Under the pieces are notes generated by a model. That model had not been told where the DNA came from. It worked only from the letters and a program-made list of their open reading frames with translations, and made no database searches. From positions 1,704,392 through 1,768,391 of the forward strand of contig BCKQ01000003.1 in the NCBI GenBank assembly GCA_001600695.1: a stretch of DNA of 64,000 nucleotides, written 5' to 3'. The position numbers and the translations under genes are program-made. This document shows, piece after piece, positions 21,983 through 34,346 of this stretch (position 1 is the first letter of the stretch; every line of letters starts with the position of its first letter). The stretch is from Ascoidea asiatica JCM 7603 (Eukaryota > Fungi > Ascomycota).

Positions 21983-22855
21983 TGTTAACCAAATGAATAA
22001 GCTTATAAATTAATTACTGAGATTATTTGGAAGTATCGAGGATTTAGATATTTTTTTTAAAAATAAAGTGAAAGAAGTAATTTAAAGGTATAAATATATA
22101 ATAAATTTAATAAATTTAATAAATATAATACATATAATACATATTATAAATGTATCAGCGCCAGTACAAAATGATTGAGTGAAAACGATAATGAAATTTT
22201 AAGAGATGAGAAAAGAAAGGTAAACAAAGCCCAGCGTTTAAGAACTGGAGTGAAGGAAGAGTTAAGCGCCGACAGAGCAGGAAAGTCACGGGACAAATAA
22301 AAAGTAAAATCACATGACTGGCAACACATGTGAGTAGCACAAATTAAGTACCAGAATGGTGGAAATAGACGGAAAACAAAGCCGTATCGGGTGACTTTGT
22401 AATAGGGCCATATACATGGTAGGCTGTATAACTTGCTTGGTATAGCGTCACTCTGCGTTGCTCATCTCGAGAATTTTGTAATAGCCTATCGGTAATATTT
22501 TTCTAATCAGATTCTAAAGTCTCCATTACTTTACCTATTCAAAAGTAACAGTAAAATAGATGTTTTATATTCTTGAAATTTTTTAATAAATAGTATTGTT
22601 CACTTGTTTATGAAGGTTTGAATCTATATGTATATTTCTTTATAAATTTTCAATCATATTCTAGTTTATTGTTTAAAACTACTGTTTGAAAGTATGTGGT
22701 CAGATTTTGTCATTTCCTGAAGAACATTATTCAACTACATCTTAATTCATTCAATCATTTATTCATTCACTCATTGATTTATTAATTAAAGTATTATATA
22801 TATATATATATACGAATATAAAGCATATTGTTTTAAAAAATCGAATCTTTCTTAA

Positions 22856-23097
22856 TTAAAAAAAACCGCCTCCGAAGCCACCACCGAATCCTCCACCTGG
22901 AGGTTCATTATTAAATGGTGAGTTGAATCCACCTAGTCCATTAAATCCATTTGGATCACCAGAACCTCTAGCCTTTCTTCCATTGAAAGCTGCATTTCCA
23001 GGTAATCCTTGTCCAATCATATTCAATTGATCCCTATCAATAAAAGGTTCATCAAATCTAGCTCCAGGAAAATCGGGCCCAATATTTCTATTATCAC

Positions 23098-23137
<40 letters not shown>

Positions 23138-23560
23138 TCTCAAATGAGGATTAAATAAAGGATCATTTTTACTTGGAATCATTCCACCTTCGGATCCAAA
23201 ACCTTTACTTGGATTATTTAAACCCATTGGATCAAATGAAGGGAATTTCCCTACATCACCATATAAATCTCTTTCGCCAAGTGACATTGGATTATTATTT
23301 CTTGTATTTGAATTTGGATCTGAATTTGAAATTCCAAATGAAGGAGGTGAAGATTTCAAGACTTCATATTCATCTTCAAATCCAGGAGGATTTTCAGGAT
23401 TATTAGTACCAAGTATATTATTTTTGATGTTATTATTATCTTTTGTTTCAAAATTTCTTGAAAGTGATGGATAAAATACTTTTGTAGAATCATCTACTTT
23501 TAAAGATTTCTCATCTTTTTCTAATTCCTTTTCATAAGAGGAAATTGGTTGCCCTTCCAT
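22856..23560 (-). CDS. FUB1: PI31-family proteasome inhibitor (Fub1-like)
   Basis: PPGFEDEYE, GERDLY, GGMIP...PLF and PGARFDEP motifs; Gly/Phe-rich C-terminus ending GGGFF. Confidence 0.8.
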
Positions 23561-23734
23561 TTTATAAAATTATTATATAACTGATAAAATTGAATATTAT
23601 CTAAACAAAAGTTGGTATATTGTTAATTGATTTATTCAATTGATTTAAGTTAATTAAGTTAGTTAACTAAATTTTTATCAGATTCACTTTGCTCAATCTA
23701 ATTTATAGCAACTTTCCTCAAAATACACCAAAAT

Positions 23735-23930
23735 ACTGGGAAGGCGAATCGATGTCATATGACGTGAGCCACCACAATAAAAACAGGTCACGAGCTTACC
23801 CTCGGATTTTTTTGGATGTCACGCGAAAAACAAAAAAAATAATAAAATCTTAGAAAAAAACTCAAAAAAAACTTAAAAAAAGAAAAGTAAACAACGCGTT
23901 GGAAGTTCACCAGCCCCGATGCGCCACTCT
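23735..23930. promoter_or_regulatory. Divergent FUB1/ISW1 promoter with MCB/SCB-like and forkhead sites
   Basis: ACGCGAAA at 23821-23828, GTAAACAA at 23887-23894 abutting ACGCGT at 23894-23899, and TGACGTGA at 23760. Confidence 0.45.
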
Positions 23931-24170
23931 TTTGATAGTAAATTATTGAATTTGTGCATAAAATTGTTCAAAATTCAAAATTCAAAATCTTTATCCAGAT
24001 CTTTTGTAGATTTCTGGTGTTTATTTTCCTTTTTATTTATTTAATAATTTGTATATTTCATAAATTTTATTTGTAAAATTGATTATTATTTGGCAATTTG
24101 CTTAGAAAATTTGCTTTGAAAAATTTTAATAGTCTGCTTTCATATTTTTAATAATCTTTAATAATTTTAC

Positions 24171-27100
24171 ATGACAGTGAGTTCTGATCTGACTGTTTCT
24201 TCTGAAAAGAATAATATAATAAATTCTGATAAAGATTCGGATGATATGGCTACTCCAATAGATAATAATACTCCAATAAATGGTAGTAAGATATATGATG
24301 TCAGTAGTAATACTCTGGAAGATGAAGAGGAAAATTTTGAACCGGGAAAGAGTGATTTAAAGTCTGATAATAATAAACCTTCTGAAATTACAGAAAGCAA
24401 TGAAGAAGATACAACTGGAATTGACAAAGATGAAGATATGGTTTCGGATCAAGAAAAAACTGAAGAAACTCCTGCTTCTTCTATACATTCAGGTCAACTT
24501 GATAGAGAATCTTCAATATCTCAAAGTCTTGATTATTCTACTCCAGATTATGATCTCACAAAATATGCAGGTTATTCAATTCATAAAAATGGATATTTTG
24601 AAAAAAAACTTAAATATCTTTTACCTAAGAATATTAAAGTGAATTCTTTAAATATAGATGATCTTAAAAAAAGATATAATTATTTATTATCTTTAACTGA
24701 TTTATTTAAACCATTTTTTGAATCAAAAGCAAAATCTGATCCAGAATTTAAAAAACTTTTAAATAAAATTAAATTAGAAAATTTAAATCCTAAAGGTTCA
24801 AAAAATGGTGGTTCAACAAGAAGAAGAAAAACTGAAAAAGAAGAAGATGCTGAACTTTTAAATGATGATCAAAATGATCTGTCTGAAGTTTATGAATTTA
24901 GTGAATCTCCAGGTTATATTGATGGTGAATTACGTCCATATCAAGTCTTAGGTTTGAATTGGTTAATTAATTTACATGAAAATCATTTATCTGGAATATT
25001 AGCTGATGAAATGGGTTTAGGTAAAACTTTACAAACAATTTCATTCTTAGGCTATTTAAGATATTTAAAATGTCTTGAAGGTCCTCATTTAATAATTGTT
25101 CCAAAATCTACTTTAGATAATTGGTTTAGAGAATTCAAAAGATGGACCCCTCAAGTAAATGCTTTAGTTTTAACTGGGGATAAAGAACAAAGATTAAATT
25201 TTATTAAAACTAGATTAATGACATGTGACTTCGATGTTGTTATATCTTCTTATGAAATAGTAATAAGAGAAAAGGCAGCTTTAAAAAAATTTAATTGGCA
25301 ATATATAATAATTGATGAAGCTCACAGAATAAAAAATGAACAAAGTTTATTATCTCAAATAATTAGATTGTTTTCTTCTCGAAGTAGATTATTAATTACA
25401 GGTACTCCTCTACAAAATAATCTTCATGAACTTTGGGCTTTATTAAATTTTATTTTACCAGATGTCTTTTCAGATTCAACAGTATTCGATGAATGGATTC
25501 AAAATTCAAATTCAGATACATCATCCCAATCATCGGATACCAAAGATTCAGCAATAATAACAACAACAACAACAACAACAACAACAACGTCATCTAAAGA
25601 GGAATTAGAAAAAGCTAAGGAAGAACAACAGCAATCTTTAATTAAACAACTTCACAAAGTTTTACAACCATTTTTATTACGTCGTATAAAATCTGATGTA
25701 GAAACATCTTTATTACCAAAAAAAGAAATGAATTTATACTTAAAGATGTCAGATATGCAAAGACAGTGGTATAGAAGAATATTAGAAAAAGATATTGATG
25801 CTGTTAATGGTCAAAATGGTAATAAAACTCGTTTATTGAATATTGTAATGCAATTAAGAAAATGTTGTAATCATCCTTACCTTTTTGAAGGGGCTGAACC
25901 TGGTCCACCATATACTACTGATGAACATTTGGTTTACAATTCTCAAAAATTAAAAGTTTTGGATAAGCTTTTAAAAAAATTAAAATCTGAAGGTTCAAGA
26001 GTATTGATCTTTTCCCAAATGTCAAGATTATTGGATATTTTGGAAGATTATTGCTTTTTAAGACAATTTGATTATTGTAGAATTGATGGTAGTACTGAAC
26101 ATACTGATAGAATTCAGGCTATTGATGAATTCAATGATCCTGATTCAAGTAAATTTTTATTTCTCCTTACCACCAGGGCTGGTGGTTTGGGAATTAATTT
26201 GACTGCTGCAGATGTTGTTATTATATATGATTCTGATTGGAATCCTCAGGCTGATTTACAAGCAATGGATAGAGCCCATAGAATTGGTCAGAAAAAACAA
26301 GTTAAGGTTTTCAGATTGGTTACTGAAAATGCAATTGAAGAAAAAGTTTTGGAGAGGGCTACTCAAAAACTTAGATTAGATCAGTTGGTTATTCAACAAG
26401 CTAGAACATCCGGTGATCCAATGGCAACATCTACACAAAATAAGACAGCTACTAAGGGTGATTTATTGAATATGATTCAACATGGTGCTGATGATGTTTT
26501 TAATGACAAAGCTCAAAAGGTTGATGATATAAATATTGAAGAAATTTTAAAAAATTCAGAAGAAAAAACATCAAAGTTAACATCCAAGTATGAAAAATTT
26601 GGCCTTAATGACTTACAGAAATTTACAAGTGATTCTGGAACTTATGAATGGGATGGAAAAGACTTCAAGCAAAATAAAGTTAAGAAGCCCAGAATTCCTA
26701 TTGGTATAAATTTTTCAAATCCTTCTAGACGAGAACGTAAAGAAAATTATTCGGTTGATCAATATTATAAAGAAATGCTACATACAGGTGGAAGAACGGT
26801 GAAAGATACCAAAGGAATTAAACCACCCAAGCAAACAATAATCTATGATCACCAATTTTATTCACCTTTGCTTGGTGAACTTTTGGATAGAGAAAAATTA
26901 TATTTCAAAAAGCAGATCAAGCATGTAGTCGAACTAGAAAAAGGACCAGCAACTACGTACGAAGAAAGAAAAGCCAATCAATTGCTTGAAAAATTGTTGA
27001 TTGAAAATTCTGATCCCTTAACAGAAGAAGAAGAAAAACTCAAAGAAACTCTTTTACAAGAAGGCTACTCTAATTGGTCTAGAAGAGATTTTACTAATTT

Positions 27101-27911
27101 CATTCACTTAAATGCTAGATTCGGAAGAGAAAATCTCAAAGAAATTGCTGAAGAATTTGATGGAAAAACTTACGAAGAGATCGTAGAATATTCAAAAGAT
27201 TTCTGGCAAAATTTTGATTCAATTGAAAATCATGATAAATATATAAATCAAATTGAAAATGGTGAAGCTAAAATACTCAAAATCAGACTTCAGGAAAGAG
27301 CTGTGAAATCCAAGGTTGATAAATATAACGTACCATTGTTTGAATTGAAATTGAAATACCCTCCAACATCACAAAGTAAAAGGACTTATAGTGCAGAGGA
27401 AGACAGATTTTTGATTGTAATGCTTTATAAATATGGACTCAATTCAGATGGCTTATTTGATAATATAAAGCAAGAAATAAAAAGTTCTCCAATTTTTAGA
27501 TATGATTTTTTCCTTAAAAGCAGAACAAATAGTGAATTATCAAGGAGATGTACTACATTATTAGGCTCTCTCACTAGAGAGTTTGAGTTTGAAAGGAAGA
27601 AGAAAAAAGAAGAACTTATAGCAGCAGCTGAAAAGAAAAAGAAAGCTAAAGCTTTAGCCAAAGCTAAAATTAAAGCAAAGCTTCAAGCACAAAAAAAAGC
27701 TTTAACAAAATCAACTGCAAAAGCTAGAGGTAAACCTGGTCCAAAACCTAAAGCAAGAACCAAAGGGAAGCCAGGCCCAAAACCCAAAACAACAAAACCA
27801 AGTTCTGGAGTTATTGCAAGGACTAAAGGTAGACCAAGAATTAATAATGTGTCAACTGAAAAGAGAAGTTTTTCAAATAGTAGTAGGAATACTAAAAGGA
27901 GAAAACTTTAA
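24171..27911 (+). CDS. ISW1: ISWI-family chromatin-remodelling ATPase
   Basis: [32 protein letters not shown] and [30 protein letters not shown] and [10 protein letters not shown] look more like Isw1 than Isw2. Confidence 0.9.
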   Translation: MTVSSDLTVSSEKNNIINSDKDSDDMATPIDNNTPINGSKIYDVSSNTLEDEEENFEPGKSDLKSDNNKPSEITESNEEDTTGIDKDEDMVSDQEKTEETPASSIHSGQLDRESSISQSLDYSTPDYDLTKYAGYSIHKNGYFEKKLKYLLPKNIKVNSLNIDDLKKRYNYLLSLTDLFKPFFESKAKSDPEFKKLLNKIKLENLNPKGSKNGGSTRRRKTEKEEDAELLNDDQNDLSEVYEFSESPGYIDGELRPYQVLGLNWLINLHENHLSGILADEMGLGKTLQTISFLGYLRYLKCLEGPHLIIVPKSTLDNWFREFKRWTPQVNALVLTGDKEQRLNFIKTRLMTCDFDVVISSYEIVIREKAALKKFNWQYIIIDEAHRIKNEQSLLSQIIRLFSSRSRLLITGTPLQNNLHELWALLNFILPDVFSDSTVFDEWIQNSNSDTSSQSSDTKDSAIITTTTTTTTTTSSKEELEKAKEEQQQSLIKQLHKVLQPFLLRRIKSDVETSLLPKKEMNLYLKMSDMQRQWYRRILEKDIDAVNGQNGNKTRLLNIVMQLRKCCNHPYLFEGAEPGPPYTTDEHLVYNSQKLKVLDKLLKKLKSEGSRVLIFSQMSRLLDILEDYCFLRQFDYCRIDGSTEHTDRIQAIDEFNDPDSSKFLFLLTTRAGGLGINLTAADVVIIYDSDWNPQADLQAMDRAHRIGQKKQVKVFRLVTENAIEEKVLERATQKLRLDQLVIQQARTSGDPMATSTQNKTATKGDLLNMIQHGADDVFNDKAQKVDDINIEEILKNSEEKTSKLTSKYEKFGLNDLQKFTSDSGTYEWDGKDFKQNKVKKPRIPIGINFSNPSRRERKENYSVDQYYKEMLHTGGRTVKDTKGIKPPKQTIIYDHQFYSPLLGELLDREKLYFKKQIKHVVELEKGPATTYEERKANQLLEKLLIENSDPLTEEEEKLKETLLQEGYSNWSRRDFTNFIHLNARFGRENLKEIAEEFDGKTYEEIVEYSKDFWQNFDSIENHDKYINQIENGEAKILKIRLQERAVKSKVDKYNVPLFELKLKYPPTSQSKRTYSAEEDRFLIVMLYKYGLNSDGLFDNIKQEIKSSPIFRYDFFLKSRTNSELSRRCTTLLGSLTREFEFERKKKKEELIAAAEKKKKAKALAKAKIKAKLQAQKKALTKSTAKARGKPGPKPKARTKGKPGPKPKTTKPSSGVIARTKGRPRINNVSTEKRSFSNSSRNTKRRKL

Positions 27912-28732
27912 ATGTAATTTATTGTGTAGTTATTATTATAGTACTTATTTTTTTAAAATTCTTTTTTTTCTCTCATATTAAATATTCGGTAAAATTGTAT
28001 TTTTATTTAATTTATTCCATTTCATTTCTTATTTCATTTAATTTATTTAATATAATTTTATAAATTCTTAAATATAAATTCTTTAATATAAATATTGTAA
28101 ATTTAAATCATAACCATAAAAACGTTTAAAAGAGTTCTACTGTACTACAATTTTAATTTGAATAATGATTGATTCTAGCTTTTCTCATTATGTAGTTGCT
28201 AAAGAATTGAAATAATTGAAAATAAAGAAATTTATATATTTATATACTAAATATATATGTATAAAATATAAAAAAAATTAGATTATATTTTAAATAATTT
28301 TGATTAAAAAGAATTTAAATAAAATTGAAATTAAATTACGATTTTTTCAATTGGAAAGAAATTAAAATACATCACATTAGTAAGTTTGAAACAATATCCA
28401 TATAAAAAAGATTTAAAGCATAAATATAAAAGATTATAAGAAAGAAAAGAAGGTAGAAATAAAATATGAACATAAAAGTAATGAAGAAATTGAAGCTCTG
28501 AGAAATGTTAAAAAAAAAAATCAAGTAAATATAATGTGAACAAAAAATAAGAAAAAAAAAGAAAAGAAAAGAGAAAAACATATATATAAATTAAGGAGAG
28601 TAATATACTTAATTTAATTATTTCAAAATTATTTTAGGAAACATATAATAAGTAAGTAAGTAAGTAATAATGATATTTATAAAGATAAATTGAATTAAAT
28701 TAAATTAAATTAAATTGATTTATTAATTAAAA

Positions 28733-30409
28733 TTAACCTATAGATTGCAAAATTTGTTCAGTTAAATGATATATATCAAATCTTGAATCATCAAGTTGGA
28801 AATTAGCATTTAATTCATTTTGTTTTTCATATTGTAATTGTTCACTTGTTGTTACATTTAATTTTTTAACACCATTCATTATATGTTCATTTTCTTTAAT
28901 TAAAGAAAGAATTTGAGGATCACCACTTTCTATTAATTGTAATAAAGTCCATAAAGAAATATGTTCAAAAGTACTATTTTCTGAATTTAAATATCTAATT
29001 AAAAATCTAACAATACCATCATTTGGTTGAAACCAATCTTTAATTATAAAACTATAATCAGGAATTCTTGAACATAAATTAGCTAAAGCAGCAGCAGAAT
29101 TTCCACAAACTTCACCATTTGAAGAAAATGTTAAAGGAATTAAAACATCTAAAAGATTTAATTCTAATAATTTTTGTTTTAAATCATCAGCTAAAGCTAA
29201 AATTGCAAAACATGCAGAAATTTCAGATTGAACAGGACCTTGAGTTTGTAAAACTAAATTTTTACATTTTTGTACAGCACCAGCTTCTAATAATGAAGAT
29301 CTATTTTTTTCAGAAGATGCAGCTAAATTTCTTAAAGTTGAAACAGCATGACATTGAATTTCTTCAGAATCTTTAAAATCTAATAAATTTACTAAAGGTT
29401 GTAAAAAACCAGCTTTAATTATTAAACTTTCATTCATTGGATGAATTGAAATATTTCTAATACAAGCAACAGCAGCTAATATTAAAGGTTGTTGAGGAGA
29501 ATTTAATAAATTAACAAGATGTGGTAAACCACCATTTCTAACAATATCTAATTGATAAGCAGGATCAGAAGCTAAATTTCTTAAAGCTAAAGTTGCTTGA
29601 CATTGAACTCTTGAACTTTGAGAATCCATAAGAGAAACTAATTGAATAACTAATCTTGATTCAGTTTGTAATAATTTTTTTCTATTTGATTCATCTACAG
29701 CAATATTTGATAAAGCAGTTGTACAATAATATTGAACATCTTGATCATTTGAAGATAATAAAGAAACTAAAACAGGTACAGCACCAGCATCAACTAATTC
29801 TTTTCTATTTTCTAAAGAATGAGTCATATTTAATAGAGCACCAGTTGCATTTCTTTGAACTCTTAAATCTTTATTTTTTGCTAATTTTGTTAAAGGTAAT
29901 AAAGCACCACTTTTTGCAATTTTAGCTTTATTATCATCTTGAGTTGCTAAATTAGTTATACAACCAACAGCATTACATTGAACTTCAGTATTTGGAGAAT
30001 CCATTTGTCTTATAAGTGGTTCTAAACCACCTAATTCTACAATTAAAACTTTATTTTCACTATTTACAGCTAAATTACCAAGAGCAGCACAAGCAGCTCT
30101 TTCAACTTCAGGATCAGAAGTTTGTAATAAAAGTAAAATTGGATCAAAAACATCTTTACCAACAGCTTTAACATCTTTTTCAGTAATTTCAGCAAATGCT
30201 AAAGCTGCACTTCTTTGTAAATCAATATTTTCAGAATAAACTAAAGTTGATAAAGCTCTTAATGGACCAGGACCAAAAAAATCAATTTCAGTTCTATTTT
30301 CTAAATATCTTAATAATTCAGTTATTGCTTCTCTTTCATTTTCAGCTAATAAAGGTTGATTATCATTTGATTGAGAATCAGAATATAAACAACTACAACA
30401 TACACCCAT
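28733..30409 (-). CDS. VAC8: Vacuolar armadillo-repeat protein Vac8
   Basis: MGVCCSC acylation motif, [33 protein letters not shown] and tandem ARM repeats. Confidence 0.97.
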   Translation of the reverse strand: MGVCCSCLYSDSQSNDNQPLLAENEREAITELLRYLENRTEIDFFGPGPLRALSTLVYSENIDLQRSAALAFAEITEKDVKAVGKDVFDPILLLLQTSDPEVERAACAALGNLAVNSENKVLIVELGGLEPLIRQMDSPNTEVQCNAVGCITNLATQDDNKAKIAKSGALLPLTKLAKNKDLRVQRNATGALLNMTHSLENRKELVDAGAVPVLVSLLSSNDQDVQYYCTTALSNIAVDESNRKKLLQTESRLVIQLVSLMDSQSSRVQCQATLALRNLASDPAYQLDIVRNGGLPHLVNLLNSPQQPLILAAVACIRNISIHPMNESLIIKAGFLQPLVNLLDFKDSEEIQCHAVSTLRNLAASSEKNRSSLLEAGAVQKCKNLVLQTQGPVQSEISACFAILALADDLKQKLLELNLLDVLIPLTFSSNGEVCGNSAAALANLCSRIPDYSFIIKDWFQPNDGIVRFLIRYLNSENSTFEHISLWTLLQLIESGDPQILSLIKENEHIMNGVKKLNVTTSEQLQYEKQNELNANFQLDDSRFDIYHLTEQILQSIG

Positions 30410-30435
30410 TATTATTTATTATTTATTATATTATT

Positions 30436-30480
30436 ATGTTATGTTATGTTATGTTAAGATGATATGATATGATATGATAT
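30436..30480. repeat. Compound pentanucleotide microsatellite (ATGTT)4/(GATAT)4
   Basis: Read directly; immediately upstream of the VAC8 ATG. Confidence 0.9.
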
Positions 30481-31379
30481 GCTTTGTTATTATATTATTA
30501 TATATAATAATAGAATATTATATAAAATTGAATATATAATTTTATTAAAAAGAGGATAAATTTATGAAATGAATTGAATTAATAGTGTAGTTAAATGATT
30601 TGAATGAATATAAAAGAGTGAGCGTGAGGGTGAAAATGATAAGTGATATTGATAACTTAAGTTATAAGTTATTGTTATTGATATTGATAATGATAATGAT
30701 AATGATAAAGATAATGATAATGATTGATATGGATATTATAAATGGAATGGATATGTAATGGAATTAGAAATATAAATAAAAGAAGAATATAAATAAATTA
30801 ATTGATTTAATGTATTAAAGATTAAATGGATTTGTATATTTTATATTAGAGTATTATTAAAGTATTATTGATAAAAGTAAAATAGAATATTTAGTAGTTA
30901 ACCATAACTATTGAGCAGTAGATTAAATGGAATATTTGAAATACAGTAGAATTAGAATTTGATATTAGAAATAAATAACATAGAATAATTTAGTAGAAGC
31001 AGAAGAAAGAAGCAGTAAAAATGAGAATAAAGTACGTACTGTGAAGTTGGTAGTAGTAGTAGTGGTAGCAGTAGTGGTATCCTTGGTGGTATCCTTTTAC
31101 TGTGCTTTGTATGGGAGCCATGAAAAACAAGACTGAGCAAAGCTGAAGTGGTATTTTGAAAGTATTTCAAAAGTAAAAGGCAATAACAACCGCAGTAATG
31201 GTAGCAGTAGTGGTGGTAGCAAGCAAAAAAGAATAATAATGGTCAGGTGATTGAAATTGGGGAAAATGTCAGGTGACTTGTTATTGGTTGTACTAAACAC
31301 ACCACATTATGTGTATAAACTACAAAGTACACAACTTACCCTTAATAGAATGAAATTAGTAGTTATTTATTGAATATTA

Positions 31380-32237
31380 CTACTTGTAGACGAGGTCTGA
31401 TCTAAGGACCCATTTGGCTCCATCCCTGACCTCCTCGGCTTCGTGGAGGAGACACTTGTTTCCGTGTCTGTGCAAAAGCACCATTCCTTTCTTTGGATGC
31501 ACATTAAAACCACCGGCACCAACACCTGTTCTACTGGGACTGTCTGGATAGAAGACGGTGCCCCCACCTGCAAACTCCTCGCCTCCGGTCAAGTACAAAA
31601 GCATTGTCCATTTGGTGAAACCTTTGATTTTGTCTCCATTTTCACTTAAACATGAGCTTTTCACTGCTTCATCGTAGTGTTTTTCAAAGAAATGTCCCTT
31701 TTGATACCTGTAAATTCGAATTTCTGGATTTAATCCAATTGATCCATTGAAAAATTCAAATTTATCTTCACCATCTTCTTCTTCTTCTTCTTTTAAATAT
31801 TCAATAATATTACTTAGATAATCATATAAAATCTTTGAATTTATAAAATCTGTAAACTGAACCCTTTCATTGAATCTTAATGCATAATTTTTCCTTTTAA
31901 CTAATTTTGTTTCTGTAAATTTGTCTTGAATATTTGTTTTCAAACTTTCTTTAATTATTTCATTACATAAATCTTCATTAAAGAAATTTTCAATTAAAAT
32001 AATTTGTTTCCATGATATAATTTTTTTAATAACTGGTAATTTAATTTTATAATTATTTTTGAATTTAATTGATTGAAGTTTTTTAAAAATTAATGGGAAA
32101 TTAAATCCAATTTCATTATCTTCATTTTCCACTTCTACTTCTCTGTCTTTGTCTTTATCTTTATCTTTATCTTTAGTTCCAATAGTAATGAGATCTGAAG
32201 TTCGACTACTCTTGCTTTTTTTCTTTACTTTTCCCAT
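31380..32237 (-). CDS. 2-oxoglutarate/Fe(II)-dependent dioxygenase (prolyl-4-hydroxylase-like)
   Basis: IRIYRYQKGHFFEKHYD (HxD), WTMLLYL, GGGTVFY and LLHEAEEVRDGAKWVLRSDL (distal His plus K/R). The track start at 32279 is TTG; the first ATG is at 32237 (MGKVKKK). Confidence 0.85.
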   Translation of the reverse strand: MGKVKKKSKSSRTSDLITIGTKDKDKDKDKDREVEVENEDNEIGFNFPLIFKKLQSIKFKNNYKIKLPVIKKIISWKQIILIENFFNEDLCNEIIKESLKTNIQDKFTETKLVKRKNYALRFNERVQFTDFINSKILYDYLSNIIEYLKEEEEEDGEDKFEFFNGSIGLNPEIRIYRYQKGHFFEKHYDEAVKSSCLSENGDKIKGFTKWTMLLYLTGGEEFAGGGTVFYPDSPSRTGVGAGGFNVHPKKGMVLLHRHGNKCLLHEAEEVRDGAKWVLRSDLVYK

Positions 32238-32830
32238 TCTATTCACTCTATTACCATAATCATTACCATTACCATTCAATGAAGAACTTGACTATATTAT
32301 ATTACAATAGAATAACATTAATAAAATCAATAACATTTTTAATATAATCATAATCAATTGGTAGTTTGTGCTCTGATTCCACAGCCGGTTAACGACTCTT
32401 TCCTTCTTTCTTTCCTTCTTTCAACCTGCCTTGTTACTACTGCTGCAATCCCGCGACTTCTTTCTTTTATCTCACTCATTTTGTCTTACTTTTCTTAACT
32501 TTGTCTCAGATTTATCTATTTAAATTTAAATTATTACTCGACCCTCCTAAAATAATAAAATAATAAAATAATAAAATAATAAACAATCAACTATTAAATA
32601 CTAAATAATTATCAAGTAATTATCATGTATATGAAATTTACATTTGAACAAATTACAATATATAATAATCTATATATAATAATACTTGAATAAGTTTCAC
32701 TTCATTTCATTTCATTCCTTCAATTTTACTCAATTGATTCCAGTTCAATTGATTCATTGCATTCCATTTCATTCTATTCACTCAATTCATTTCAATTCAT
32801 TCCACTTCACTTCATTTCATTTAAATTAAC

Positions 32831-32870
32831 TTCAATTCTCTTCAATTCTCTTCAATTCTCTTCAATTCTA
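32831..32870. repeat. 10-bp tandem repeat (TTCAATTCTC)4 within a broader TTCAW-rich tract (~32695-32960)
   Basis: Read directly from the sequence. Confidence 0.9.
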
Positions 32871-32990
32871 TTATATTTATTCAAAATTAATTCAAGTTAT
32901 GTCAATATACTTAAAAACTTAATCATATTCATTTAGAATTCAATAATTCAATTCAATTCAATTATATACAATATAAAATAATATACTGTA

Positions 32991-34312
32991 ATGGAGAAAT
33001 CTTTTACAATTAATAATCATAATGATTTAATTAATAATTATCCTGAATTCAATTCTTTATTATTTTATGATTCTCAATCTTTATCAATTGGTCAAGTTTT
33101 TAGATATATTATAACTTTTAAAAGAAAAAAATCTTTATTAATTTCCACTCCAAAAATTGATAAAATATCATTAAGAATTAAAAATAATGAATATTCTTTA
33201 ATGAATTCATTAAATTTATTAGGTCCTTTCTCTTTTTATATTGATATTTTACCTTATAATTATTATATAAATAATAATATTTCTCCAATTAATAAAAAAC
33301 ATAATATTAATGTTAATAATGATAATGATGATGAAAATGATGATTTTTTCTTAAATTTAAAAAATTTTAAACAAAATTTAAATCCTGGTAAAACTTTTAA
33401 AATTAATTTAAATTTAAATGAAAATTCAATAATTAATAATTTAAATGATCCTTTGTATGATGAAAATTTTGATACTTTTAATTTTCAATTAAATATTTTA
33501 AATCAAAATTTATTACAATCTCATATAAATTTAAATTTTCAAATTTTAATTGGTTTAAATCTTTCAAATTTAAAATTAATTCATCATAATAATAATTTTA
33601 ATAATTTAATTAAATTTTTTAATTCAAAACAAAATAAAAATTTAACTAATAATTCATTAATTATAAATCCATTAAATACAAATGATATTTGGTCAAAACC
33701 TCCTCCTGATTTAAATAAAAAAATTCATTTAATAATTTTAACTCATGGTGTTTATTCAAATTTATCTTCTGATATGTTATATATTAAAGATAAAATTGAA
33801 CAAAATAATTTTAATCCAATTAATAATACTTTTAAAGATAATATTATTATTAGAGGTTATCATAATAATGTTTCAAAAACTGATAAAGGTATAAAATTTC
33901 TTGGTAAAAATTTAGCTAATTTTATATTTAATTTAATTAATGATAATTCAAATTTTATTTATACAAAAAATATTAATAAAATTTCTTTTATTGGTCATTC
34001 ATTAGGTGGTCCAACTCAATCTTTTGCAATTTATTATTTATTAAATAATAAATCTTTTTTTCAAGGTATTAATAAAAATAAAAAACATTTAAATGATTTA
34101 ATTCCAATAAATTTTATAACTTTAGCTTCTCCATTCATGGGAATTTTTGGTGAATTTAATAGTATTATAAAATTTGGTTTAGATCTTGGTTTTTTAGGTA
34201 AAACTGGTAGAGATTTAACTTTAAGACATCAATTTTTTAAATGTTCAATAAAATCTGATTCAAATGATAATAATATTAATGATAATAATACTGATAATGA
34301 TAATGATAATTT

Positions 34313-34346
<34 letters not shown>

